The notes beneath the pieces were generated by a model. That model had not been told where the DNA came from, searched no databases, and worked only from the letters and a program-made list of their open reading frames with translations. From NCBI GenBank assembly GCA_963662355.1, contig OY759361.1, positions 615,834 through 679,833 on the forward strand: a stretch of DNA of 64,000 nt, in the 5' to 3' direction. This DNA is from Gammaproteobacteria bacterium (GTDB lineage: Bacteria; Pseudomonadota; Gammaproteobacteria; UBA4575). The stretch's first letter is position 1. Every line of letters begins with the position of its first letter. The position numbers were made by a program, and so were the translations under genes. This document shows positions 20,263 through 29,095 of the stretch, one piece after another.

Positions 20263-22410
20263 CTAAGCCGCTTCAGCCCGTGCTTTTTCGACCTGTGCAA
20301 GGCATGAATAGAACGAGGGACTCCAGCCAATATCCGTCAGCTCTTCCGAGATCAGGGCGTTCGCATTCACCCCGCCCGGCGTATTGCTGCCCTTGAACTG
20401 CTTCTGGGTGCTGCATACCCCGGGAAGCAGGCCGTCGATGATCACGGCATGCGCGTACGTCTCCCCGCGGTCATTGTACAGGCGGCACAGATCGCCGTCC
20501 TCGATGCCGCGTTCGAAGGCGTCTTCGGGGCACAGTTCCACGGTGGGCCTGGACATCATCGCCTGCAGCCTGGGCACGGTCTGGAACGAATCACCGATGA
20601 AGTAGTGCGGCGCGTTGCTCAGCACCTGAAGCGGGAATTTTTTCCTGCGTTCATAGTTCTCCTGGCCTTCCTCCTCCGGCAGGTATGTGGGCAGGGGGGA
20701 CTGGCCCTGGTTCTTGATTTCCTCGGACCAGATGTTGATCTTCCCCGTCTCCGTGGGCCAGCCGAGTTTCAGCCAGTCCCGGTTCGGCGAATCGACGTTG
20801 CAGCGCATCCAGCCATTCTCCTTGAGTCCCTGCATCGTGATGCCTTCCATGCCGGGGTGTCCCTCATCGCAGATGATCTCCTTGATCATGTCCTCGTCCG
20901 ACTGCTCGAACGTATCCTCGTCATAGCCCATTTTCCTGGCCAGCCTCCTGAACACTTCCGTGTTGCACAGGCTCTCCCCGAGGGGCTGGATACAGGGCTG
21001 GCTCATGTTGTAGATGTAGTGGCCCCAGGGGGCATGCAGGTCCCAGCGTTCCAGTTGCGTATCGGCCGGCAGCACGATGTCCGCATACAGGCAGGTGTCG
21101 GTCCACACCGGGTCATGCACCGCAACGAAGAGATCGTCGCGCATCAGGCCCTTGCGGACGTTGGTGGTGTTCGGTGCACAATTGGCGGGATCCGAGTTGT
21201 ACACGAACAGGGACTTGATCGGTGGATCGAGCGGGTCGCCGTTCATGTCCCGGTGATCCGCCAGCGCGCGCCCGATCTGCACCATGTTGATGGTACGCTT
21301 GGACGCCCGGTCACCCAGGTCCGGCCGTTGCAGCTTGCCGAGCTGCAGGCGCATCCAGTTTTCCTCACCGGTCCAGCCCAGGTACCCCCCGCATTTTTCA
21401 CGCCACGCACCGGTGATGCAGGGCAAGAGCATGACGGCCCGACAGGTCTGGCCTGAGTTCCTGTGCCGGTTCAGGCCCCAGCCGGTGCGGATAGTCGTTT
21501 TCCTGCTCGCCGCGTACGTCCTGGCAAGCTTTTCGATCTCCGAAGCCTTGATGCCCGTTATGCTGGACACTTTCTCCAGGGGCCATTTCGGGAGCTCGTC
21601 TCGTATCAGCTGTTCCCAGCCATGGGTGTACTGTTTCAGGAATGCCTCATCATGCAGTCCGGCCTCCACAATGATTTTCATCATTCCCAGCGCCAGGGCG
21701 GCATCCGTCCCCGGGCGCGGCTGGATGTGCCAGTCCGCAAATTCGGTGGTGCGTGTCTTTCTGGGGTCGATCGCGACGATCGTGGCACCGCGCTCCCTGG
21801 CTTCCTCCACGAACGGGATCAGGTGCACCCCCGTGCTGACGATGTTGTTCGCCCACAGGATCACCAGGTCGGCATCCGGGATGTCCTCGGTGCTCGGGCC
21901 ATCTGCCAGCCCGTAGGTGTAGATGTGTGTCCAGATTCCTGCCCAGGCACAGATGGACTGGTCAAGCCTTGCGGCTTCCATCTTGTTCCAGAAGCGCTGG
22001 TCCATGCCCCAGAAACCGATCAGCCCCAGCGTGCCCGAATAGGAATACGGCTGTACGGCTTCCGGCCCATACTCGGCAATCACTGACTTGAAATTGTCCG
22101 TGATGGTATCCAGGGCCTCATCCCAGGAGATTCTTTCGAATCTTGCCCCCGGCCCTTTTGGCCCGACGCGCTTGCGGGGATAAAGGACCCGGCTGTCGTT
22201 GTAGACCAGGTCCAGGTAGTGATTGACCTTGTTGCACAGATACCCGCGTGTGATGGGGTTGGTCGGGTCACCCTCCACGCGAACGGCTTTGCCGGATGCA
22301 TCATCTACAGTGACCAGCATCGAGCAACCGTCCGGGCAGTCATGGGGACACACCACATGGTGCTGGGAATGTCCGGCAGGTGGTTCAGGTCGAACAGCGT
22401 GTGTGCCCAT
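20263..22410 (-). CDS. Cytoplasmic molybdopterin (bis-PGD, DMSO-reductase superfamily) oxidoreductase
   Basis: 715 aa. N-terminal Fe-S motif CPHDCPDGC...C. Typical Mo-bisPGD blocks (ISWDEALD, DPRKTRT, PGTDAALALGM) and a C-terminal barrel. No twin-arginine signal peptide. Confidence 0.9.
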   Translation of the reverse strand: MGTHAVRPEPPAGHSQHHVVCPHDCPDGCSMLVTVDDASGKAVRVEGDPTNPITRGYLCNKVNHYLDLVYNDSRVLYPRKRVGPKGPGARFERISWDEALDTITDNFKSVIAEYGPEAVQPYSYSGTLGLIGFWGMDQRFWNKMEAARLDQSICAWAGIWTHIYTYGLADGPSTEDIPDADLVILWANNIVSTGVHLIPFVEEARERGATIVAIDPRKTRTTEFADWHIQPRPGTDAALALGMMKIIVEAGLHDEAFLKQYTHGWEQLIRDELPKWPLEKVSSITGIKASEIEKLARTYAASRKTTIRTGWGLNRHRNSGQTCRAVMLLPCITGAWREKCGGYLGWTGEENWMRLQLGKLQRPDLGDRASKRTINMVQIGRALADHRDMNGDPLDPPIKSLFVYNSDPANCAPNTTNVRKGLMRDDLFVAVHDPVWTDTCLYADIVLPADTQLERWDLHAPWGHYIYNMSQPCIQPLGESLCNTEVFRRLARKMGYDEDTFEQSDEDMIKEIICDEGHPGMEGITMQGLKENGWMRCNVDSPNRDWLKLGWPTETGKINIWSEEIKNQGQSPLPTYLPEEEGQENYERRKKFPLQVLSNAPHYFIGDSFQTVPRLQAMMSRPTVELCPEDAFERGIEDGDLCRLYNDRGETYAHAVIIDGLLPGVCSTQKQFKGSNTPGGVNANALISEELTDIGWSPSFYSCLAQVEKARAEAA

Positions 22411-22432
22411 GGGCGCACTCCTTTTCGTGTTG

Positions 22433-23614
22433 TCAGGCCGAAGCCGTGTGGTGGGGGACGGACTCTTCCAGTTCCTTGATTCCGCTCTCCCGGTTTTCTT
22501 TCCTGGTCAGCTCCAGCTCCTCCGGGGTGGCGTATTTTTCATCCCATTCCTTGAGCATGGGAACCATCACTTTAAAAAACAGGGGAGGGATCCATGCGAT
22601 CACCGTCATCGTCAGGTACCCGAAGGGGCACTGCGGGTCGTCCGGATACGCCTTGAGGTCCTGGTAGCGGCTGCTGTCGGCATGGTGCGCCCCGTGACGG
22701 CCGAGATTCAGCAGAATCCAGTTGCCCCAGGCATTATTGCTGGAGAAGGTCACCCTCGGGGTAATCGGTTGGCCTTCTTCCCGGACCAGCCCGTAATGGG
22801 AGAAAAAGTTAAGCCCTTCCAGGATGAACTTGGCATAGGCGATCGCCAAAAGGTAGGCCAGAAAACACACCCAGCCGCCACCGATGATGACCAGCGCCAT
22901 CACCAGGGCGCCTCGCAGCCAAGCCTGCACGATCCGGTTCCCGAGTGAGAACGCAGAGTGGCCGGCATCGTTCAGCCTGCGCTTTTCAACGTCCCAGCCG
23001 CTCTTCCACTGGGTCCATGTGCCGACCGTTTGAAAATGATAAAAATGGATGCCCCGTATGGGCGTCACCGCGTCTTGCTCGGGAAAGCCCAGGTTCTTGT
23101 GATGACCGTAGACATGCTCCACGGCAAAGTTGGTGCCGAACATCAACGCGAAGACCCACTCCCCGATCTTCGTGTCCACGATGTCGTCGGTACGTGAAAC
23201 CAGTTCATGCCCCATGACGATGCCTTGCACACCCAGGATGATCCCGAGTGACAGCGCGGCGCCCGAGTAGTGATACCAGGCGTTCTCACCGCGAACCGCC
23301 AGGGCATCGTATCCGAACTGTTCGAGTGTGAATTTCCCGACACCCAGCAGGTCTGCCGCGCTGAATGCCCAGATAAAGGTCAACAGGGCGATGACCAGGA
23401 ACAGGGAGATCGAGTATACGATCGCATCGCAGATCCAGCCAAAACCGTAACGGGGCTCCGAATTGTCCTCCCTGCTCAGCAGTTCGCCTCCGACCCCTGC
23501 AATGAACATGAACGCAACCCCGAACCACATCCACCAGCCTCCAACGATGAAGCTCGCGGCGGTACCCAAGGTCACAATCCAGTTCAGCCATCCGAACTTT
23601 AGATATTTCCACAT
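22433..23614 (-). CDS. AlkB-type integral-membrane di-iron hydroxylase / fatty-acid-desaturase-superfamily protein (divergent)
   Basis: Start trimmed to MWKYLKF (ATG 23612-23614, preceded by GAGGA). The His boxes align with AlkB: HELVSR (versus HELGHK), EHVYGHH, NFFSHYG and LGRHGAHHA. Several TM segments. Confidence 0.85.
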   Translation of the reverse strand: MWKYLKFGWLNWIVTLGTAASFIVGGWWMWFGVAFMFIAGVGGELLSREDNSEPRYGFGWICDAIVYSISLFLVIALLTFIWAFSAADLLGVGKFTLEQFGYDALAVRGENAWYHYSGAALSLGIILGVQGIVMGHELVSRTDDIVDTKIGEWVFALMFGTNFAVEHVYGHHKNLGFPEQDAVTPIRGIHFYHFQTVGTWTQWKSGWDVEKRRLNDAGHSAFSLGNRIVQAWLRGALVMALVIIGGGWVCFLAYLLAIAYAKFILEGLNFFSHYGLVREEGQPITPRVTFSSNNAWGNWILLNLGRHGAHHADSSRYQDLKAYPDDPQCPFGYLTMTVIAWIPPLFFKVMVPMLKEWDEKYATPEELELTRKENRESGIKELEESVPHHTASA

Positions 23615-23915
23615 AGTCGTTTCCTCAAGCCAGATCAAAAAACATGTTACAGCGTCAAAAAACAACTTTTGCCGGGTTCTTTCGGCCCTCCTGGCGTTTG
23701 CGATACGGGTTACCAATACTCCTGTTTCTGAATGCATCGGCTTTTTTAGGCGCTACCACTAGCGTACCCATTTTGGGCTAGAAAAGTCAACTACTGCATG
23801 GTATGCTTTCGCGGGGCTAAGAATAAAGCCTGATAAAGAATATAACAACAAGGCGCCTGTCGCCAAAAGAGGGTTTGCCAGATGAAAAACCCCGCAGTGA
23901 TATAGAGGAGCTCTG

Positions 23916-24704
23916 ATGCCAGGCGATGTGTCTGCTGGTAACGGAGTGCTTCTGGAAACCAATGACATTTCCCTGTCGTTCAAGGGCGTGACAGCCCTTT
24001 CCAATGTCAGCCTGAAGGTTCACAAGGGTGAAATCTGTGCCCTGATCGGTCCGAACGGCGCCGGCAAGAGTTCACTGCTTAACGTGATTAACGGGGTGTA
24101 CCGACCCCAGCACGGCGAGGTGGTTTTCGACGGCAGGCATTTCCAGAAGATCTCGCCCCTGGTCGCGGCACAACGCGGGATCGGGCGAACCTTCCAGCAC
24201 AATGCATTGTTCGAGAGGCTGACGGTCCTGGACAACGTCCTGGCCGGACTTGCGCGGTGCAGCAAGACCACGTTCCTGGAGAATATTTTCGGTGTCGGCC
24301 GGGACCGTGCTGAAAAAAGGCAGTTTCTTGCACTGGCCAACGGGATCATCTCCTTTCTCAACCTTGAGGAACATGCTGACACGGTTGTCTCGACCCTTCC
24401 GTTCGGTACTCAAAAGCGGGTCGACCTGGCCCGTGCGCTGGTATCCGAACCCAAGCTCCTGCTGCTGGACGAACCGATGGCGGGAATGAACCAGGAAGAA
24501 AAACAGGAGATGAGCCGCATCGTCTCGGAGGTAAATTCGCGCTTTGAAATCACCATCGTGCTGATCGAGCATGACATCGGCATTGTCATGGGACTGGCAC
24601 ATCGCATCGTGGTGCTGGACTACGGGCGCAAGATTGCCGATGGAATGCCGGAGCACGTGCGCAATGACCCGGTCGTGATCAAGGCCTACCTTGGCGAAGA
24701 CTAG
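23916..24704 (+). CDS. ABC transporter ATP-binding protein, LivG type
   Basis: Walker A GPNGAGKSS, signature region and Walker B LLLLDEPMAG. GAGGAG ribosome-binding site upstream. Confidence 0.9.
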   Translation: MPGDVSAGNGVLLETNDISLSFKGVTALSNVSLKVHKGEICALIGPNGAGKSSLLNVINGVYRPQHGEVVFDGRHFQKISPLVAAQRGIGRTFQHNALFERLTVLDNVLAGLARCSKTTFLENIFGVGRDRAEKRQFLALANGIISFLNLEEHADTVVSTLPFGTQKRVDLARALVSEPKLLLLDEPMAGMNQEEKQEMSRIVSEVNSRFEITIVLIEHDIGIVMGLAHRIVVLDYGRKIADGMPEHVRNDPVVIKAYLGED

Positions 24705-24729
24705 GCACAAGCAAACTTTGGAGTCGTAG

Positions 24730-25605
24730 ATGATACTGGAAGTGATATTGGGGGGACTGCTGGCGGGAGTACTGTATTCGTCCGTGGCGCTCGGGTTCGT
24801 GCTCATCTACAAGGCATCCGGGGTATTCAACTTCGCACAGGGCGCGATGGTACTGTTTGCGGCCTTGATTTACGTGACACTTGTCGATGCCGGCGCCCCG
24901 TTCTGGCTCTCGCTGTTCGCGGTGCTGGTGGTGATGATTGCGTGTGCGGTGCTGATCGAGCGCTTCATGCTGCGTCCCATGGCAAACCGCGATCCCATCG
25001 TCCTGTTCGTGGCCACCTTGGGACTCAGTTTCATCATCGAGGGCGTGGCGCAGATGACGATGGGAACTGACGTCCACATCCTGGAGCTCGGGATTGCGGA
25101 TGGCGCCATTCAGATCGGCAATCTGTGGCTGAGTGAATTTGACCTGTTTGCCACCGCAATGGCTATCCTGCTGGTCATCATCATTACCTTTGTTTTCAAC
25201 ATCACGCGCATAGGCATCTCGCTGCGCGCGGTCGCCGATGACGTGTTGGCGGCGCAATCGATTGGCATTCAGCTGCCGTACGTCTGGCGCATTGTATGGA
25301 GCGTGGCCGGATTCATCGCGCTGGTCGCCGGGCTGCTTTGGGGAGCCCGTCAAGGGGTCCAGTTTTCGCTGACCCTGTCAGCACTCAAGGCATTGCCGGT
25401 GCTGATCATAGGTGGTTTCTCCTCCATGAGCGGGGCCATCATTGCCGGGCTGCTGGTCGGGGCATGTGAAAGCCTGGCTGATTTCTACCTGGGCCCGATC
25501 TTTCGTGGCAGCGTATCGAACTGGTTCGTATACGTGCTGGCGGTCGCCTTCCTGCTGTTCAGGCCGGCCGGCCTTTTTGGCGAACGTGCGATCGAGAGGG
25601 TTTGA
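24730..25605 (+). CDS. Branched-chain-amino-acid-type ABC permease, LivH type
   Basis: 291-aa polytopic membrane protein with the typical LivH N-terminus (GGLLAGVLYSSVALGFVLIYKASGVFNFAQG). Confidence 0.9.
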   Translation: MILEVILGGLLAGVLYSSVALGFVLIYKASGVFNFAQGAMVLFAALIYVTLVDAGAPFWLSLFAVLVVMIACAVLIERFMLRPMANRDPIVLFVATLGLSFIIEGVAQMTMGTDVHILELGIADGAIQIGNLWLSEFDLFATAMAILLVIIITFVFNITRIGISLRAVADDVLAAQSIGIQLPYVWRIVWSVAGFIALVAGLLWGARQGVQFSLTLSALKALPVLIIGGFSSMSGAIIAGLLVGACESLADFYLGPIFRGSVSNWFVYVLAVAFLLFRPAGLFGERAIERV

Positions 25606-25608
25606 GCC

Positions 25609-26685
25609 ATGTCAGACATCAAGAGCCTAGCTGAATCCGCCACGGTCATGAGTCGGCCGGGCAAGCAGAACGAGGGGATGAAGCGAACTGCGCTCTGGGT
25701 GCTGGCCATTGCCGCGTCCTTTTTGCCGCTCAGCTTCAGTGACTACTGGATCAGCTCGATCATCATTCCGATGCTGGTGATGGGCCTGGCGGGCGTTGGA
25801 GTCAATTTTCTGATGGGGTACGCCGGATGTGTTTCGATCGGATCTGCTGCCTTCATGGCGGTGGGCGCCTTTTCGGCATACAACCTGATCCTGCGCGCCC
25901 CGATGTTGCCGTTGCCGGTCGTCATCGTCCTGGCAGGACTGATTGCGGCACTGTTCGGAGTCTTGTTTGGGCTGCCCAGCCTGCGGATAAAAGGGTTCTA
26001 CCTGATCGTGTCGACCCTTGCCGCGCAATTTTTCTTCGAATGGCTGTTTACGAATTTCGCCTGGTTCTGCAACTATAACCTGTCCCTGACCATCACGGCC
26101 CCGCGCCTGGAGATCTTTGGCTGGAATCTCAAGACGGTCCACGGCCGTTACCTGATGGTGATCGTTACCACGCTCACCCTGGTCGCGCTGGCGTACAGCA
26201 TCGCCCGCAGTCGCCTCGGTCGGGAATGGATGGCCGTCAGTGACATGGAAACCTCCGCTACCGTCACGGGGATCAGGGTTGGCAGCCGCAAGCTCCTAGC
26301 CTTTGGCATCAGCTCTTTTTATTGCGGGGTCGCAGGCGTACTCTGGGCATTCTGTTACCTGGGCACCAGCAACGCGCTGTCCTTCGACCTCGACAAGTCC
26401 TTTGAAATCCTGTTCATCGTGATCATAGGCGGCGCCGCGAACATCTTCGGCAACTTTATCGGTGCGGCCTTCATCGTCCTGACCCCCATATTTCTCACGC
26501 TGGCCGTGGTCGGCCTGGGGCTGACGGACTATGTCAATATCGGAACCCTCACGAACGTGCAGCGGGTGATATTCGGCGTCCTGATTATCTACATTCTGAT
26601 AAAAGAACCGGACGGCCTTTACAGGCTGTTGCAGCGCATCGCCGCAGCGCTGTTCAACCGGGTTCGACGACCGGGTACCGCCTGA
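25609..26685 (+). CDS. Branched-chain-amino-acid-type ABC permease, LivM type
   Basis: 358-aa polytopic membrane protein. The block GYAGCVSIGSAAFMAVGAF is typical of LivM. Confidence 0.9.
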   Translation: MSDIKSLAESATVMSRPGKQNEGMKRTALWVLAIAASFLPLSFSDYWISSIIIPMLVMGLAGVGVNFLMGYAGCVSIGSAAFMAVGAFSAYNLILRAPMLPLPVVIVLAGLIAALFGVLFGLPSLRIKGFYLIVSTLAAQFFFEWLFTNFAWFCNYNLSLTITAPRLEIFGWNLKTVHGRYLMVIVTTLTLVALAYSIARSRLGREWMAVSDMETSATVTGIRVGSRKLLAFGISSFYCGVAGVLWAFCYLGTSNALSFDLDKSFEILFIVIIGGAANIFGNFIGAAFIVLTPIFLTLAVVGLGLTDYVNIGTLTNVQRVIFGVLIIYILIKEPDGLYRLLQRIAAALFNRVRRPGTA

Positions 26686-26879
26686 TGAGGTTAATACCCT
26701 GCGCAGCACCGGACCTGCTGGGCACCATGATTGAACGTACGGGCCACCGGTGCCGGGGGGTTGGTGTCCCGTACACAACACACAAAGGAGGTGATACCAC
26801 GCGTATTTGCGCCTGCCGCCGTATCGCGGGACAGGATTCGACTAAATACACACACAAATAATTACGAGGAGAACAGACC

Positions 26880-28223
26880 ATGATTTTAAATCAACTCAAG
26901 TACACGCTGCTTGCCGCCGTACTGAGCCTTGCAAGCGTCCAGGCAGTACTGGCAGCCGGGGCGCACGAAGGGGAGCAATTCTACCCCCTGTTTACCTACC
27001 GGACCGGGGCCTACGCTAATGTTGGCACCTCAATCGTAGGTGGGCAGAAAGACTACCTGGTGTACCAGAACGAAACCCAGGGTGGGGTCAACGGTGTCAA
27101 GCACTACATGGTGGAGTGCGAAACCGCATACGATATCGACCGGGGCATTGAGTGCTTCGACCGGTATGTAAAAGGCCACGAAGGGGCTCCCACGGCCACG
27201 ATTACGAGCATGTCTTCAGGCCTGTTCGCAGCCACCGTGGAGAGGAACCGCGAGAACAAGATGCCGCATATGATCCCGGGTGGCGGTCAAGCTACCGCGA
27301 TTGACGGACGCTACAATGAATATCAGTTTTCAGTGATGTTTGACTACTGGAGACAGTCACAGGTTGTTGTTGAATACATTGCGCAGCGTCTGGGCGGTCA
27401 TGACAAACTCAAGGACCAGGTGATCGTCACGCTGTACCACGATTCCGGGTACGGTCGTGAAACCCTTGAACCCATGAAGATCCTGTCAGAGCAGTACGGC
27501 TTCAAAGATGTGCAGATTCCTGTCGCGCATCCGGGTGTTCAGCAAGAAGCGCACTGGCAACAGATTCGCAACGTGAAGGGTGACTGGGTGTATTACCGTG
27601 CCTGGGGCGCAATGACGCCTGTGGGCATCAAGACAGCCAAGCGCACGGGTTTCCCGGTAGATCACATAGTGGGTGATATCTGGTCCACCTCGGAAGATGA
27701 TGTACGTCCTGCAGGAGAGGCCGCAATCGGCTACACGGGAGTCAACATTTTCCCGCCGGGAACGGATTTCGAACTCCTCAAGAGGATCAAGGAGACCCTG
27801 TATGACGAGGGCAAGGGTGATCTCAAGGAGATGGAGCGATTCGGCACGGTGTACTACAACTTCGGTGTCATCACGTCATTGATCTATGCCGAGATGCTGC
27901 GTACCGGCCACGAGAAGTTTGGCAACAGACCCTTGAACGGCGAGGAAGCCAGGTGGGCGTATGAGCATATGGAAATCGACCAGGCGCGCATCGATGAACT
28001 GGGTGCAAACGGTTTGCTGGCTCCACTCAAGCTCTCACGCTGTAACCACCAGGGTGAAAAAATCCAGGCCAAAGTGGTCCAATGGACCGGTGACGGCTGG
28101 GATTCAACAGACTGGATAGAGATCGATACGCAGATGTTCGTGCCTACCTTCACTGCAAGAGCTGCAGCCCAGGCACAGGAACAGGGTGTACCGAAACGTG
28201 ACCTGCCCGAGTGCGAAGCCTAG
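26880..28223 (+). CDS. Periplasmic substrate-binding protein (type I PBP, LivK-like long subfamily)
   Basis: Signal peptide ...SVQAVLAAG. 447 aa, placed between the permease genes and livF-type ATPase gene of the same transporter. Confidence 0.8.
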   Translation: MILNQLKYTLLAAVLSLASVQAVLAAGAHEGEQFYPLFTYRTGAYANVGTSIVGGQKDYLVYQNETQGGVNGVKHYMVECETAYDIDRGIECFDRYVKGHEGAPTATITSMSSGLFAATVERNRENKMPHMIPGGGQATAIDGRYNEYQFSVMFDYWRQSQVVVEYIAQRLGGHDKLKDQVIVTLYHDSGYGRETLEPMKILSEQYGFKDVQIPVAHPGVQQEAHWQQIRNVKGDWVYYRAWGAMTPVGIKTAKRTGFPVDHIVGDIWSTSEDDVRPAGEAAIGYTGVNIFPPGTDFELLKRIKETLYDEGKGDLKEMERFGTVYYNFGVITSLIYAEMLRTGHEKFGNRPLNGEEARWAYEHMEIDQARIDELGANGLLAPLKLSRCNHQGEKIQAKVVQWTGDGWDSTDWIEIDTQMFVPTFTARAAAQAQEQGVPKRDLPECEA

Positions 28224-28251
28224 ACGTTAGACCCGGATAACCGTTTCGAGC

Positions 28252-29013
28252 ATGAACGATTTTCTTAATCTCTCTAACGTCGAGGTCCACTACGGCCAGG
28301 CCATTCTTGCCGTACAGAACGTGACCATGGCGGTCGAACAGGGATCGATCGTATCCCTGTTTGGCGCCAATGGGGCGGGGAAGTCCACGACCCTGAAGGC
28401 GATCTCCAAACTTCTCGAACAGGAGAGAGGCGAGGTCACCAAAGGTGAAATCACCTGGCGCGGGGAGTCTCTTGACCGTCTCTCCGCTTCCGACCTCGTT
28501 GCCAAGGGCGTGGTTCAGGTACTGGAAGGCCGACACGTTTTCCCGCAGCTTACTGTGGAAGAAAATCTCAAGGCCGGCGCATTCGTGCGACGGCCCAGCC
28601 GCGCCCAGATGGACAGGAATCTGGAGCAGATATACGGATGGTTTCCGCGTCTCAAGGACATACGCAGAAACAAGGCGGGGCTAACCTCGGGCGGTGAACA
28701 GCAGATGCTCGCCATTGGACGTGCGTTAATGACCCGGCCTGTCCTGGTTCTGCTGGACGAGCCTTCGATGGGTCTTGCACCCGTCATCATCCATGAAATT
28801 TTCGACATCATTAAGGTGATGAACCGTGAAAACAATGTCAGTTTTCTGATTGCCGAGCAAAACGTCGGCCTTACCATGAAATACGCCGACTACTGTTACA
28901 TCCTGGAAAACGGCAGTGTCGCCGTATCCGGCGAGGTCGACACGCTGGCAGCCCGTGATGATATCAAGGAGTTTTATCTGGGCTCGAACAAAGGCAACGG
29001 GGAAACACCATGA
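28252..29013 (+). CDS. ABC transporter ATP-binding protein, LivF type
   Basis: Walker A GANGAGKST, signature TSGGEQQML and Walker B VLVLLDEPSMG. Confidence 0.9.
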   Translation: MNDFLNLSNVEVHYGQAILAVQNVTMAVEQGSIVSLFGANGAGKSTTLKAISKLLEQERGEVTKGEITWRGESLDRLSASDLVAKGVVQVLEGRHVFPQLTVEENLKAGAFVRRPSRAQMDRNLEQIYGWFPRLKDIRRNKAGLTSGGEQQMLAIGRALMTRPVLVLLDEPSMGLAPVIIHEIFDIIKVMNRENNVSFLIAEQNVGLTMKYADYCYILENGSVAVSGEVDTLAARDDIKEFYLGSNKGNGETP

Positions 29014-29030
29014 CCGGCAAGCTGCTGCCT

Positions 29031-29090
29031 GAGGACGTACACGGCCTTGCAAGCTGCACGATGTTGGCAACCTAGATTTGAAAGAGGGGG
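29031..29090 (+). repeat. Degenerate direct copy of codons about 9-28 of the downstream hydrolase gene (partner copy at 29120-29181)
   Basis: Hand alignment of GTACACGG-CCTTGCAAGCTGCACGATGTTGGCAACCTAGATTTGAAAGAGG with GTGCACGGGCCTTACGAGCTGCACGATGTTGGCGACCTGGTTTTGGAAGAAGG. Offset 89-90 nt, one 1-nt indel. Confidence 0.7.
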
Positions 29091-29095
29091 ATACT

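Noticed and set aside
23655-23700. Possible sigma-54 promoter (TGGTAACCCGTATCGCA on the minus strand) upstream of the AlkB-like gene
   Set aside because: The GG-to-GC spacing is one nucleotide longer than the strict -24/-12 geometry, and the flanking bases fit the consensus poorly.
26751-26883. About 43-codon GTG-initiated ORF ending in ATGA overlap with the binding-protein start; duplicated CACACAAA-plus-SD-like motifs
   Set aside because: The GTG lies inside the putative Shine-Dalgarno sequence itself, so it has no ribosome-binding site of its own. The peptide is featureless. This is probably just leader sequence.
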